Source: Balanoglossus misakiensis
Taxonomy: Eukaryota; Animalia; Hemichordata
NCBI GenBank assembly: GCA_040954595.2
Contig: CM082589.2
Span: 4,974,213 to 5,038,212 of the forward strand
Length of the DNA stretch: 64,000 bases
Direction of reading: 5' to 3'
The notes under the pieces were generated by a model, which was not told the DNA's origin, did no database searches, and saw nothing but the letters and a program-made list of their open reading frames with translations. A program made the translations under genes and the position numbers. Shown here piece after piece: positions 28,801 to 42,488 of this stretch; the stretch's first letter is position 1; the number at the start of each line of letters is the position of its first letter.

Positions 28801-30478
28801 AAATGTCGTGTCCAGAGTATCACTCGCGTAATCCAGGCTAACCTTCAAGTGACACTATACAGGTTTTGTGCTTTTTGATAAAGTCACGGTTTAGGGTCTG
28901 ATGGGTGATATTTCTGCAATCGGATTATGAGCGAACTGCGTACTAATTGACAAAAAGCCATCCGCGCACAAAGTCAGATCCGTGCAGATGTTCCACTCGC
29001 TGCAGTGTTTTTTTCTATTGCCCTATTAAAGGTATACGGTCACCTAATGGAAAATAAGCTATAGTTACCATGCCAAACTGAGATTTAGCCAATCACAGAT
29101 TTTCAGTGGGTGGCACACGCGTAAAAACGAGCGCTACCATCACATGTTCCTTAGAATACTATACTCAAATACGCCATTTCTAACGCTTTGAATTATGATT
29201 GTATTGTAATATTGCACATTACACTAACACGTGACGATTTCTGGGTCTCATATCGTATTCTGCCAGCGAAATAACAAAATGGGGTTATGAATTATATTTA
29301 TCAAACCCGAAATCTACTAAATATTGCATGGATGAAACTATCAATGATTGACTCACTCATTGCCGTGTGTAAAACGGGAAATTTTGCACACTAAGCATTA
29401 ATGATGTTCCGAAGTCATAGGATAAGTCACGGTAAACTATTCTGAGTTTTATTCGGGTAAACCACGTTTCTGACTGTGACCTGTCCGCACAACTTAAGAT
29501 TCCCGCTTTGCGCATGCAGATAGGGGCGTGACAGTGCTGGCCTTGAGTCGAGACTGGACTGGACTGTTATACCTGAACAAGAAATCGCTGGGGTTACATA
29601 CTTTACGACTGGCACGCACATGCGTTTGCGCACGTGTCAAGGAGTCATTTAACCGCAATCACGCTCGTGGTACCAACATACTAGGCACCCGAGTTCACGC
29701 GTAAATTTCGCCGCAGGAAAAAGGCAAATCGTCACGCTAAACCAGGAATCACGATCTCGGGTTGATCTGCTATACGTTCGGTAATATACGCTTAACTTAC
29801 CCTTAATAGTGGGATCGCATCGACCGGGTCGCCGGGGGCCAAAAACTCGATGGACTGACGGTTGTCTCGAAGGATCATCTGAAATTCGTCGTCCTCGACC
29901 TTGTAGCGCTGATTGAATGTGATATTGCAGATAAAGTTCATGACGGCCAGGCAGACATCCTGGGTGACGTCGACGGAGCGGTGCTGCTTCTCGGCGAGAA
30001 TCTTCAGAAGTTGGTCGGCTTCCACCATGATCTTCTCTTCGGCCGACGTGGCGCCGTTGCGGCTGATGGTGTGTGAGTGCAAGGCGATGGAGACGGACTT
30101 GCGCTGCCTCGTCCACTTCGGCGAGAAGTCTCCGAAGGTGACGCCGCAGTAATTGCGCGTGAGGAGGCTGATTGAATACACGTACGGCCGACCGGAGAAC
30201 TGGTCGCCGTGGCGTATGAAAGCGTCTCTGATGGCCAAGTGGTCGCACAGAACCACGGTCGGCTTGATGCCGAGGTAGAGCGTGTAGACCGACCCGTAGC
30301 TATCAGAGAGCCGCTTCAGAATGCGCCAAATTGAATCATTTTCGAACAAAATCGGAAGATTACCAATAATCGGTAACCCCAGAGGGCCCGGCGGCAGATT
30401 TCGACCCATTTGTTTGATGCATCGCGTTAACGAAAGGGTTACGAACAGGATAGCAAAGAAAATGAAAACGGTCTCCAT
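25802..30478 (-). CDS. Cytochrome P450, clan 2, CYP17A1-like (~491 aa)
   Basis: Exons 30478-29801, 27218-26937, 26649-26483, 26337-26234, 26046-25802 in phase. Membrane anchor plus PPGP hinge, WTRQR, EILR, DPARF, heme motif FSAGRRACIG. VDAIPLLR|VFPNK and the intron positions resemble vertebrate CYP17A1 (VDLVPWLK|IFPNK). Confidence 0.9.
28343..28534. mobile_element. MITE with TTAA-AGG termini (Kolobok/T2-like), full copy; partial copies at 29026-29180 (inverted) and 59706-59763
   Basis: Terminal inverted repeats AAAGGTATACAGTCACCT ... AGGTGACCGTTTACCTTTAA. Internal sequence recurs as the reverse complement at 29026 and in a USP14 intron at 59706. Confidence 0.75.
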
Positions 30479-30588
30479 CTTCTCGTCTGACTGTTACGAA
30501 GCGGCGATGATGTGGCGGACTTCTGACGGACCGATGCTTTCTTTGCTAACTTCTCAGTCGCTTTGCTCCTTCGACGAGCACACGCATT

Positions 30589-30599
30589 GTTTTTATATA
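30589..30599 (-). promoter_or_regulatory. Candidate TATA box of the CYP gene
   Basis: Minus strand reads TATATAAAAA ~110 bp upstream of the ATG at 30478. Confidence 0.5.
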
Positions 30600-32709
30600 C
30601 GCGTGCAGCGCCCCGCTAGCGTTGTTCCCTCCCTCACAGGTGTATACCTACTTAACATAACTGCGGAAGACGGCTGCGCGTTGTCGGAGTGATGGTAGAA
30701 TTTCGCAACTTCGCACTCCCCCACACTCTAGCTTTCATTTGGTTGGCGACGCAAGTTATTACCCCAATCGTTTAACATATCCTAAACTACGTTAGCATAA
30801 TAACTAGTACTCACCAATGATCACCACTCACGCACACATACACATATATGTTACCCCAGGGGTGTTTCACTCACGTTATATTTTGATCGTCTCACTTATC
30901 GATCCGAATAGTTCGGCCATCGGCGAACATGCCTGCTCATGCGCGCGAGTAAATTTCCCTCGGTCATCAGTCGTAGTGTAGGGCTGGTAAAGCGGGTCGG
31001 TATAACCCCTTGACAGAGTATTTAGTTCAACAAGTGTTGCACTTTCGCACCCTTTTTCATCATTGGCGGTGGTGGTCACTCACCCTGACCGTCATATCAA
31101 CGACACGAGCTGCACTGTTTGTAGAGCTTTGACCCGAGCCTGTACTGTGATGTGATGTCCTCGAGCTCGTAAATACGTACATGCGCTGCGCCACAGAAAG
31201 ACGACGCGTACCGAAAACAGAACATCAAGAAAAACACTGACTGAAGGGATGATTTTAAAAGAAGTAAAGCCAAACCATTTAGCAAACATTTGCCCCGTAA
31301 GCACTGAGGAAAGTGTGGGCGATTTGTTTTTGCCTTCACTCAGTAGTTGTAAGATTAAAATCGAAGAATTCCAATTACATGCTTTTCACTGCGTTCTAAG
31401 CCACATCACCAATCCACCCACGCGGCATATGTGTATATTATTTGAATCAAGGAAGTTCTCTAACGCATATACAATCTCATTTTGAACGACTTTAATATTT
31501 GCAAGTGTGTCTAAGATCGGATCGGGGTTATTCTGTTAATATGTAAAGCCTTTTCCGATGCATTGTGTTTCCGAAATACCAAGTGTCAATTTGCGAGTTC
31601 TTCACTGCTCTCGGGTTCCAACGCCGACATTGGTCGTGAGGATGTCGCGGTATTTCGACGGAACAAGGATGCGGCGATGCGCTCGAAACTCGTTGTAGGT
31701 AGAGTCGGGTTAATTTGACAGAAAATATCTCCGGTTCGAACAAGATACGATGATACGTAAGGATAAATGTCTACGTCCTATCGATGCATCCCGACCGCAA
31801 ATCGCGGCTGACATGAGACCGATAGAAATTTGTTCAGTCAATCCTACTCCCACTCACCACGGAAGGTACCGGGGCTGCAAATAGGCTCTTACCAAGTATA
31901 GATTTGAGCAGAGCTAAATGTGCACCTTGTAAATACCCCACCCTATTCTTATGTGTACATTACTATACAGATACAGTAATCAAGTAAAGTTGGATTTAAA
32001 GCTTGTACACACGACGTACTTCATTCTGATAAGTGTTTAATGCGTTTAGTCACTGACGTGTGTACGTGTGTAAAAGGGTTTTCTGCCCGCCTCTCACTAT
32101 GCGTAGACGCGCACTAACCGACAAGTCCAAGACTCCTTCAAATATCCATCTGTCCGAATCAATGACCAATTTCTGCACAATCATTCGCGTTTATCAAACA
32201 ATGTCATCTGCAGGATATATCGGTTAAGTAAACCTATACGCCAGATTGTTGTTTTTTTGTATTGATTGATTGATCTCGATTTAAGCGCACCGGCGTGCAA
32301 GTCATTTTCGCAGCTGGGTGATGAGTTCATATCAAGGACCGTCCCGCGACACAGTGACCCTGCGGCCGTTTGAACTCTCTTCGTGCCGGTAGAACTGCGA
32401 CCTTGTCGGTGTTTGAGCGAGTGCGCCATAACAGGCAACGGATCCCGCAGTGCAATGGGGTCACTGTACTGTGAGGTTGTTGACTACATGTACACATCGA
32501 CCTATAACACAGAGACATGAAGTGTATGCGCTGTCAAAAGTCTCCGAACTTTTCCTACGAGGACTGTGCACAGTCATGCCGAGGCAGATTTGTATTGTTT
32601 CTTTTTTGTGTGTGAAATGTTATGCATAGCAACTAAGTGGACAACAGCAATCCAAATCATGTCAAAAGTCTGATAGCGAGTTCGCCTCTTTGAGTTGGAA
32701 AATATTTAG

Positions 32710-32711
<2 letters not shown>

Positions 32712-32794
<83 letters not shown>

Positions 32795-32836
32795 TGTAAT
32801 GTTGTTGTTGTTGTTGTTGTTGTCGTCGTCGTCGTT
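32712..32836. repeat. (CAT)n followed by (GTT)n/(GTC)n microsatellite
   Basis: Read directly. Confidence 0.95.
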
Positions 32837-35800
32837 GAATGGTTGACCTGAAAATGGCATGGATTAACTATCTAGATTTTCCCTGAAAATAGATACTAAT
32901 TATTTTCTCCGAAATGACGACATCAGAACTTAAATGTCGGGGAAAGCGATTATCACAACAGGCTTTTTTTCTGAGATATCAAAGTCAAAGTTTGTTATCA
33001 CGAAACAGCATTCTTAAATATTTAATGACGTTCTCTCTCATTCTCACGTTCTCTCGCGTAGATTCGTCGGCTAAGTCTCTTGATACATTTTCTTTTTTCT
33101 CCACACACCCCCTCAAAATTCCCCTTTACATCAATAATACAAAGGGGCTGTTGTCAAGTTTGATTCCAAATGTCAATAGATTATACAGCAATTTGCAAGT
33201 CTTTTTGTCGGTCACATGAAATGTCAATCTTGTTCGGGTCACGATAATAACGTTAACCCCATTTGCTCGTTTTTTGTGGAAACATAATTGATAACGACCA
33301 GGGGTTGAATCCTTAAAATCCTGATAATTGTTGGCGATGACGACGTAGCTATCTGCGTTTACAATATGACAAAAATCAGAGATATCTATGACGCTCTCAC
33401 ATTGACCAACTTTTTTGTGTGTAATCTAAACATCAGTCCATAATGCGTCAATGAGTCGAGAGATAAAACAAATATCGTCATTTCACTTAATTTGCAAATG
33501 TTGTCCGCAAAGTATATTGACGAGATAAAAGATTATCAAAATAATACCCTCAAATAAAATGTCGACCCAGAAATGTTTTCCGTTGCGATTTCCAGTCGTC
33601 AAATATCCTGAGTTTGTCCTGAAAATGTAGGAAAGTAATAGAAAATTCCATTACTGCAGATTCTCTCGAAAGCCCTTGTTGCGTGTGTGTTACTTGTTTG
33701 GGCGTGGGCGACAGTCTATGTCACGATTTAAATGATAAAGTCAATGGACCTAAAGGCTGTAGAACTGGCTGGCTAAATTTATTTCTATGTGTAGGCCATA
33801 AAACAATACAAAATAACCCCCAAAGTTTGTTTTCCACGAATATTCATTTAACTTTAGCCAGCTCCCAATCAACGTGTTTCGGCGAAAGACAGCAATGGAC
33901 CCCCTCTGCACAACTCCCCCCCCCCCCCCCCCCCCACGCCCTAACACATAATGGTACCGACTGTAATCGTCGGTACGGGTAGTTCAAAGAACTTCAGTAC
34001 CCGGCCGCGGGTCACTCAGGTAACTTTAATTCGGTCTCCTTATCCAGGGGTCGTTTCCTGTTCTCGACTGAAATTGAGTGGGCGATCGGAAAAACCCAAT
34101 GATTTTTGCTGGTGTTACTAATTATATACTTTGCCCAGGTATGATTTCATCTCAGAAGTAAACATTCAGTTTTTCTCTTCGGAAGCCGAGTTTAGCCGAC
34201 TGGAAATTGAATTGAAATTGCGTGTACTCTTTCAAGGTCATTCAGGTCGTTGTGGTGCAGAAAATGTGAGAGGCCGACCGGTGATCGGACTGTACTTTTG
34301 ACCGCCGTACTTTGCTGATGCACGACTGATGATTGAGGTTTCAAGTGCACACAGAGGTGGGGGGGGGGGGGTTGTTGAGTGACAAGCTGATACGTGTTAT
34401 TGGATATTTCTCCTTCCAGAGCGGAGAATTGTCAGTTTTATTAATCCGCCTAAAAGTCTTGTGCAAACAATTTTTCTCATATGAAACCCTGTAGAAACAT
34501 TTATAACGTACCTTTACGGAAACAACGTGCATGCGAGCAATCTGCTCTCTCTCTCTCTCTCGTGTGTGTGTCTATGTACATGTGCTTATTTTTATCGCCA
34601 TGCATTATTTTCTTAACATGACAAACTGTCCCGCTCCTGACTTCGTTCTGGTTACCCCGGGTAAGTCCTAGGGACCTAATATTACTGCATGTATTTTGAC
34701 ACTAATCAATTTCTAACACCGATCATTTTGTACAAAAGTGTTCATCTGACATTGATTTCATGCCCAAACAAAAACCGAATGTATTTTTGGCACGGTGACG
34801 GAAATTACATTTCCTCATTGCTAACTGAAAAGGCGACTCCACTTCTTACCCGAAAAAAAATTAACTGCTATTATATACACCAACAACATACACTGCCGAG
34901 TACAATCCAGGGCGTACACAAAATCAAAATGATGATCATTTCTTTACTGTGATTTAATTCACCCAACAGCTATATAATTACTGTGATCTCGCGTTGCGCT
35001 TAATTTGTGACTAATGCGAAATTAATTCTTCGGCCATTTCTGGTTATTACAGGCGAGAATTGCAGGATGTTCAATAGAGTGAGCTCGCCTAGATCGCTCT
35101 TATTATTATTTTTCTTTAGCTGTTTATCGCGATTCGTTCATCAACCTTAGAAATGTTACCTTGGAAACGTTGTTATTGTTGTTGTTGATGGGGCCGACCT
35201 AAATCAAACGAGCACTGTGTGTATGTGTGTGAGGGGGGGGGGGGGGGTATCAAGGGACCTCATATTAATCAAGGGGCGAGTATTGCTCTCGTCTCTAGTT
35301 CTACCCGAACCATTTTTGCAGCCCATTTTCCTTTCTTCGTTTCAAATTGCCCTAAGGCAGACACTCACATTGTTTCTTACCGCCTTTCTTATTTCTCAAG
35401 GGTCACCCGAATGCAAAGTAAATTGATTTGACCACCCTGTGATGTAGTTCCTGACACAAGAGATGAACACGCACGGTTCACATCGATCGGTGTCGGTAAA
35501 AATTGTTTGCCAACCTCGCGTCAATTCGGGTCACCCACTACGGTTAGATAAACAACTCGAGAGGGGGCATTGTGATATTATTGACACGCTTGTTCCTTGT
35601 GTTCACCTGTAACCTGTACTTGTAAATGTTATTTTCAGTTTAAGATAAAATGTCCAGGAAGCTCAGTCCAATGACACCGGTCATCCATTGGGTCATTGCA
35701 CTAAACTGCTAAAATATCAGAACCTCTCTGGTAAAGTAAGTAATATTTCCAAGTGTAGAGATTCGCGCTTAGGCTACTCTATATGTATATAGCACAGATG

Positions 35801-37426
35801 AGATTAGTATTGTCACTTTAATATACCCCTTTATATTCTTAATATTTCACTCTTTGAACATATCTTTTCGGCTGCTATGTGAGTTTAAGTACGGTACTTG
35901 TTCTCAAAGTACAGTCAAACCTGTGCAAAACAGTCTCATTGGAAATTGAATATGGCCGCCAATCTCTATGGAGAAAACACACAGTAGCAATTTTATGACA
36001 GCAAAACGGTTTTCTTTTTCATTTCGGAACGATTCCTCACACACGTTAAAATAGCCGTATAGCAAACTTAAGAATTGTAAGTTTAATTTGGAGGAATATT
36101 ATTTTTCTGAAAATCTGTCCCAAGGCGCAATCTACCTTCACATAGTAAAAATGGGTCAAAGAATCATGGGAGGTTTGACACAAAGAATTAGGTTGCTTTA
36201 AACTTTTGAACAAAGAGGAAGTTTAGGGCCGGTCGGCAGACAACTATACAACACTGACAAACATCTCGACAATGTGAATTTATGTAGAAGTACCCACTTG
36301 TCGGATATTGTCTGTTTACATTTCTTGCGACCCGCGTCTGTCCTCGACATTCTTAGGTGAAAGTCAGTCACATAGAACACGTAAGCTAAATTCTTGATTG
36401 ATCGATTGATTGATTCTTTTGTTCGCACGCTCGATCATTTAAAGGGGCACTATCTGTAACTGCTATTGTTTCGGTGGGTACCTCATACTGTTATTGAGAA
36501 TCGCATGTTGGACGACGGAATAAATAAAATATAAATAGCCTACCCTATAGCACATTATTAAAATGTAACTCTACCACTAGTCCCTGTGTATAAATTGTGA
36601 ACCTTCCCTATAGGACAGGTTTGTAAAATGTGACCTTATCCCGATTCCTCCGACCCACCCCTCATATTATCTGAACGCTCCCTAATACCACTGGTTTGTT
36701 CATTTGTTATCTCAATGAACAAGTTCCACGTGTTCCATGTTACTTTTCAATAATCGCGATTTCAGCCTACTCGTGTGAAAGTTACACTAATAGTTCAGTT
36801 TGTTATCCGGTGTCCGAGTTTCACTGTTCCATGGTACAGGTTTGCTCAGTGTCAGATACTTCGTTCGCATTAAGATGATGGAGTCGCGGAGCCTGGCAAC
36901 GAACTTTGCGGTACGGTTCCGGACCAACGGCGACCCGACAACAACATGCAGCCGGAACGTTTAGTTCTGCCGGAAGAGACAACTCACGAGAAACGATAAA
37001 TTTCGGCCCTGGCGTTTCGGCAACTGATAAACCGGTTCATCGTGTTCTAATAAACTTTGCCACGCACTCACAGAGCAAATGAGCTAGCCGGTATGTACAA
37101 GCCTGAACTTGTCTGTGTTGGGAATCAATTTAGGCTAAAGTTGATAAATAATTGCACGTATTTGCCAGCGATAAGACGCACTACATTGGAACGGAGTCAA
37201 ATTCCAACAAGGGTTTAATTGACTGATGTGTGTGCATATTGACTCTTTGTCAAACACTTCAGTGTGAGATATGACAAATAAACCTGTATTTTGTGTAGAA
37301 GTGGTCGTATAGGTCAAACGGTGATCGTTTCTACAGTTTTACTTGATCGACATTTTAATTGACGGTTGAGACCGCTGAGTTTCTTTTATGAAATTGCTCC
37401 TGGTATTAAGCTGCATAGTCTCGTTA

Positions 37427-37592
37427 TTAAAGGGACAAAGTCTGTCTCGCTGCCCTTTTCCAATTAATTATGTTTGATACAAGACACCATTTATGTTATT
37501 CTACATATGAATATATAATAGTGAATTAACATTCGACCACACACAACTGAACTTCCATCCCGTTTGTAGGATGTGAGAGAAAAAACCTCGCC
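37427..37592. mobile_element. Dispersed repeat with TTAAAGGGACAAAG terminus; inverted copy at 19-175, terminus-only match at 48897
   Basis: ~160 bp here aligns by eye with the reverse complement of 19-175 (ACAAGACACCATTTATGTTATTCT, CTTCCATCCCGTTTGTAGGAT). Confidence 0.8.
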
Positions 37593-38361
37593 CTCTTGTG
37601 TCTACAAGTCGAGTCCGGAATATTTAATAAATTAATGTAATACACGTATACTAGTATCAACTGACCATCGGTTGGCACACTGTGCGCAGGCGCAAAATCG
37701 TGGATCAGCAGAAAGCGAGATCTAGCTCGTGATAGGTGGCGCTGTTCGAATAATGTTTGGAACAAGAAAATGTGCACGTGGTTTGAAGAAACAAAACAAG
37801 TCGAACAACGAAGCCATTGATGAGACTTCTGTTTTGTTTTTCGGTTCATACGATAGTGTAGCACAAAGAATGTTGCATGTTCCATCATCTGTAAGCCGTG
37901 TTGTTCCAAGATATTGATTGTAAGTATCTTTATTTACCATAGAAAATACTAATACATGTATATCCTGTTTTCATCCACATCATACTCTGACATTGTTTTC
38001 ATTATTTTAAAAATGGCAATTTGTAAAAACCCATAATGTATGAATCCCGTATCACCAGAGCTTTGTGTTTAAAAACCAAGTCACTAGTCAGGGCTACCCC
38101 TCAAAATAGTGCTACACAAAAAACTTTTATACTGAGCCATTAGTCTGGCTTTGAGAACACAGACAGCATGGGTGTGAGATAGCACCCCTAGTGTTGTATG
38201 AAGGCAGACATCTGTGTTGTTAAACTTACTGTTGGGAGGCCAATGGTGGAATGTATCAGGAGGATACTTTTGTTGGTATTGCACTTTAATTATCAGACAG
38301 TGAAATGTGTACGAATCAAAACTCCACTCGGAGAGGAAGAGTTTGATCAGAAAGTGCCGCG

Positions 38362-41343
38362 TCACAAGGAGTACACCACTTTCCCAGCAACTAAGGTTTT
38401 CTGCAGGTTCAGCTCGCTGTCAAACAACAGCAAATCGGCTCGCTTGTTGGCCACAATCTTGCCAGTGTGGTTTAACTTTGATATCCTGTTGGAGAAAGAC
38501 AGCAAATAGGTAAGAAAGTGGTACAGTGTGGCCTGTGTTCCTGGTGTCTTGAGTTCAGTGTGATGACATAACCAAATTGATTGCATTGATGCATTGTATT
38601 TCTATAATGCTCTACTTAGCAGTGGTTACAAGTGACCCGCTGCATATTCATGGCCACAACTGATACTCTCATACTGGATTTTCAAGGTACTGTGCTCAAC
38701 TCCCAGCATGGACGCCCCTAAACCCAACACACATGTACACTGTTTGCTAGACATTAGAATGGACAGAAAATGACTTGATGTGTACATATACCGTACATGT
38801 ACTGTCTGTTCATAGTTCTTGAAGTTTGATACCTGGCAGGTGTTTCAGATACCATGGCGACGGCTTCCGCTACGTTCACCTTGAACGTCGTGACGAGCGA
38901 CTTGAAAGCGTCCATGACAGAGCAGCAGCTCCCAGCCAGGGTGTTGGTCCCGGAGATGAACAAACATTTGCCGTCGTCTGAAACTTGCACTGTCAAAGAT
39001 GAAACAGTGGTGTGTGAAGATTGCAAAAAATAACAGAATTGGTGTGGAAAATAGTTTTCCTGTGGTTCTCATTAGAACCGCAACAAATTGGATGATGTCA
39101 GGATTATAATATAGATTCTCACAAAAGTTCAGAACAGTATGTGTGAAGACATGAGCACAGTAAATTGCCCATTTATACATGTACCGGTATAGCACAGTAG
39201 TGAAGGGTGTACATACTTTCTCTGTCATTGTAGACAAATTTAGCACCAGGTCTAGCCTCTGCTGTACAGTCTGAAATAAATGCTATGTTGCTGAAATGCC
39301 TGGCTTTGAGCAGTGCTGATAAGCTGATAGCATGCCTGCCAAGAAAAACAACAACAGAAAATTGATAAACTCAAATAATAAATTTCATTTCTTTATCTAA
39401 TACTTCAAGTTACTGTTTGAATTTTACTCACACATGACGAAGATCACCAATTACTTCAACTGTTGGAGGCTGCAAGTCCTGATACTGTGGTAGCCGTGGA
39501 AACTCTTCTGTCAGGCCAAAGTTGACAAGACTGGGTGTTCTGAAATGACAATGAAAGTTTACAATTATTTCAAACCCCCCTCCCCCCCATGGCCCTCTAT
39601 AGCAGTCCAATCTTACCATAGAAAACAAATGGGTGTGGGCTGAACCATTGTGGCGAAAGGGTTATAATGTGCATGACTGACCTGTGATGAAAGTTACAGA
39701 CGTTGAAGAGGTGTGTGATGTGGAATTGACAGGAAGGTTGAAGTCGCAAGGCGCCTAGTATCTCCTGCTCAGTGGCTGCTCTGTCATGGCCGAGAGACGG
39801 GACGATACCTCTGAAAGTCAAGTACAAACAGGCGAGTGTTGTTCCTGTCTTGTGTGATGCAGAGTGCACAGTCAGGTTTGTGTCAATGCAGTCTTGCCTT
39901 GTGATATTGGTTGGTTCATGTAGCTTTATATCAAAACCCACCTGATTACTCAAATCTTAAATCATTTTTGATAAACTCAACCCAAGTATCTTCACCTTTC
40001 CAGAAGTAGTTTGATTCTTTGATAGCCTGACTTGGCATCCACGTGGGGACTGATCGTCATCAATTTACAGCTGGGCATTTGGTCGAGCAGCGCACGGAAC
40101 TCTGGGATAGACATCTCAGTGTCACTCTTGGGTAGACCCCCCAGGTCATTAACAATAGGACCCTGCAAGTACAAGATATTGTGACAATGCAGGAAATATA
40201 GGTTAGATTCTAATTATCTTAGAATCTATGTCAGTCTACCACTGGTCTTATTCAGAATTGTTTTCACACTCACTTCTCCATTAATTCCTTCACACACAGC
40301 TCCATAGCCATCGGTTTTGCCCACAATGCTTTCCAGGTTTTTAATCGTCTCTGATGTCCGCGCATTCTTGGCATCTTCCGGATACACCATGGTGGCTAGG
40401 AATGACGTCACACCAAACTGTGGGAACCTATTCTGGGAATATTCTGTGTGCATGGCACAGAGTAGATCATGGTGTGAAAAAATGATTTCAGCAACATGAT
40501 TGAAATCTCAGATTTTCTAACAATTACTTTATAAAGCGAAATATTTTGAGGATGGTGATTGATTGCACCCAGCAGTCAATTCAAATGTGGCCCACCTGGT
40601 TTCTTCCAGAAGTCGACCAAGTCGGCAGCACCACCTTATCAAAGGGGCGGGGAGTCAAAAAAAGAAGAAGAGAAGAATGAATGAAAATAAATTCTCAGAC
40701 TTTGTAGGGGATTGACATCCCCGATCTTCCGACGACTTACATATCAGAAATTATTTCACATATATTTTACAAAGTCTCTATGCAAGGTATAGCTGAGCTC
40801 AATCGGTGACAGTATAAAGCCGTATCTGCTCAAATTGAAATTATACAGCACTTGACAAAATACCATGGTAACTTAATGTCCCTCTAAACAATGTGACAAT
40901 TGCGAACTCATGTGCCAGTACTTACCCATGCCATGATGATGAATATCAATAAAGCCTGGTGTAACCAGGTCTGCAGAATAGTGTTCATCTGCCAATTTGT
41001 ACTCTTCACTTTCTTCATTTATGATTTCTGCAGAGAAAGGAAAATAAACAAAAAAACAGATATCAACAAAAAGTAGCACCAATGACATCTCCAAAATATG
41101 AATGGCATCATTTAAAGGGGCACTGGTCCCCCCCCCCCCCCCCGACAAATTGATAGGGATGTCATCATGTCTATTACATATAAGAACCACTGGAGGAGTG
41201 GTAGGGTTAGACTGGTTTACACACGCACCTTTTATTATGCCGTTTTCGATCAGGATGTCCAGATCTCCTTCGAGCAATTTTCCGCTCGGGGCGACGAGTT
41301 GCTTGCACGAAATACAAATATTTCCTTGTTTTTCGTCAGTCAT
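38362..41343 (-). CDS. N-acetylglucosamine-6-phosphate deacetylase-like amidohydrolase (divergent NagA/AMDHD2 family, ~409 aa)
   Basis: Ten exons in phase: 41343-41229, 41027-40926, 40634-40596, 40443-40274, 40162-39996, 39810-39682, 39539-39432, 39335-39217, 38989-38833, 38485-38362. Motifs PGFIDIHHHG, GVTSFLAT, EGP, SLGH, THLFN, FHHR, GDLRHV, ISD, TLAGS, ETPA, ADL. Confidence 0.9.
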
Positions 41344-42074
41344 ATTAGTGTCACTGCTCCAGCTGCAGTCGAGTCAGCTGAGCTGGGTCATGACCCCAAA
41401 TGTAAACATTGTGCATTTCTATCAAAATATACTGTCAAATGTTGTCCCCACATGCCCACTGCAGTCATAAAATATTTTAACTGGAAAATACTTATTTCAA
41501 TGTATTACAAACCTGAGGTGAATACATACGAAGAACAGGTTTATTGCAGTCACGCTCAATCGAGGTACCAATGACCTTGCTGTGACCTCTCACGAGAAAA
41601 CGCGATAGTACACGGCCGCCATATTGCTAGCAGACTTCAGACAACAGTTCGACAGACAAACAAGATTGTTTGTTTCAAGAGAGCAGGTAAGCTATCTTGA
41701 CCTTGACACTGATTTACCGATTGGATAATATTCACTGAAAAGTAATGGCGGAATTTGGAAAGCGTACGTTTTAGAGACGCTACGTGTACGTGCATCTCCG
41801 GGTTGGGGGGGGGGGGGGTGAACTCAGAATTAGATGCATGTATATTTCGATTTGGAAACATATTACTGTCCCCTGTTTACCGCGACCACGATAAATGTGA
41901 AAATCATTACCACCGACTTGGCTAGCTGCATTTCAGTAGCTCAAGATTTTGCCTTGGCTTGTGGCCTAACCTCGAGCTACTGAACTGCAGCTAGGCAGAA
42001 AACCAAACTACACACAGACCTATTTTCCCAAATCATCAAATGTACCTTTTGCCATCCTTACATTACAGGCCACC

Positions 42075-42488
42075 ATGCCACTGTTCACAATACCAAAATG
42101 GGACTTGGACAAACCCTTGGCCGGTCACAACATGCGTGAGAAGTTCTTCATGCAGAATGGGCACCCACAGGCACGGTGTGCCCACTTTGAACTTGACTTC
42201 CTACAGTGTGCAGATGGCCTTGGGAGGAAGAGAGCCAGTGAGCTGTGCAAACAGGAATGGGAAGATTTTATAGAGTGTGGAAGTAGTAACAAAGCGGTAA
42301 GCTCACTATAAATGGATGTTGTATTCCCAGAGTATACTCTTCCTTTGTGAGGCATTTTCTATGTACTGGCTGTAACCTGACATTGAAAATGGGTTTTAAC
42401 TTTTTTCCCCTTACAGACTGCAAGAAGAACAGCCATCCAAGAGCATAGAGACAAACTAGTAAAAGAAGGCAAATGGCCTCCCAAATGA
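42075..42488 (+). CDS. NDUFS5: NADH:ubiquinone oxidoreductase subunit S5 (97 aa)
   Basis: Exons 42075-42296 and 42417-42488. Twin CX9C (RCAHFELDFLQC...CKQEWEDFIEC) and C-terminal RDKLVKEGKWPPK. Probable non-coding exon with donor CAG|GTAAGC at ~41687. Confidence 0.88.
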
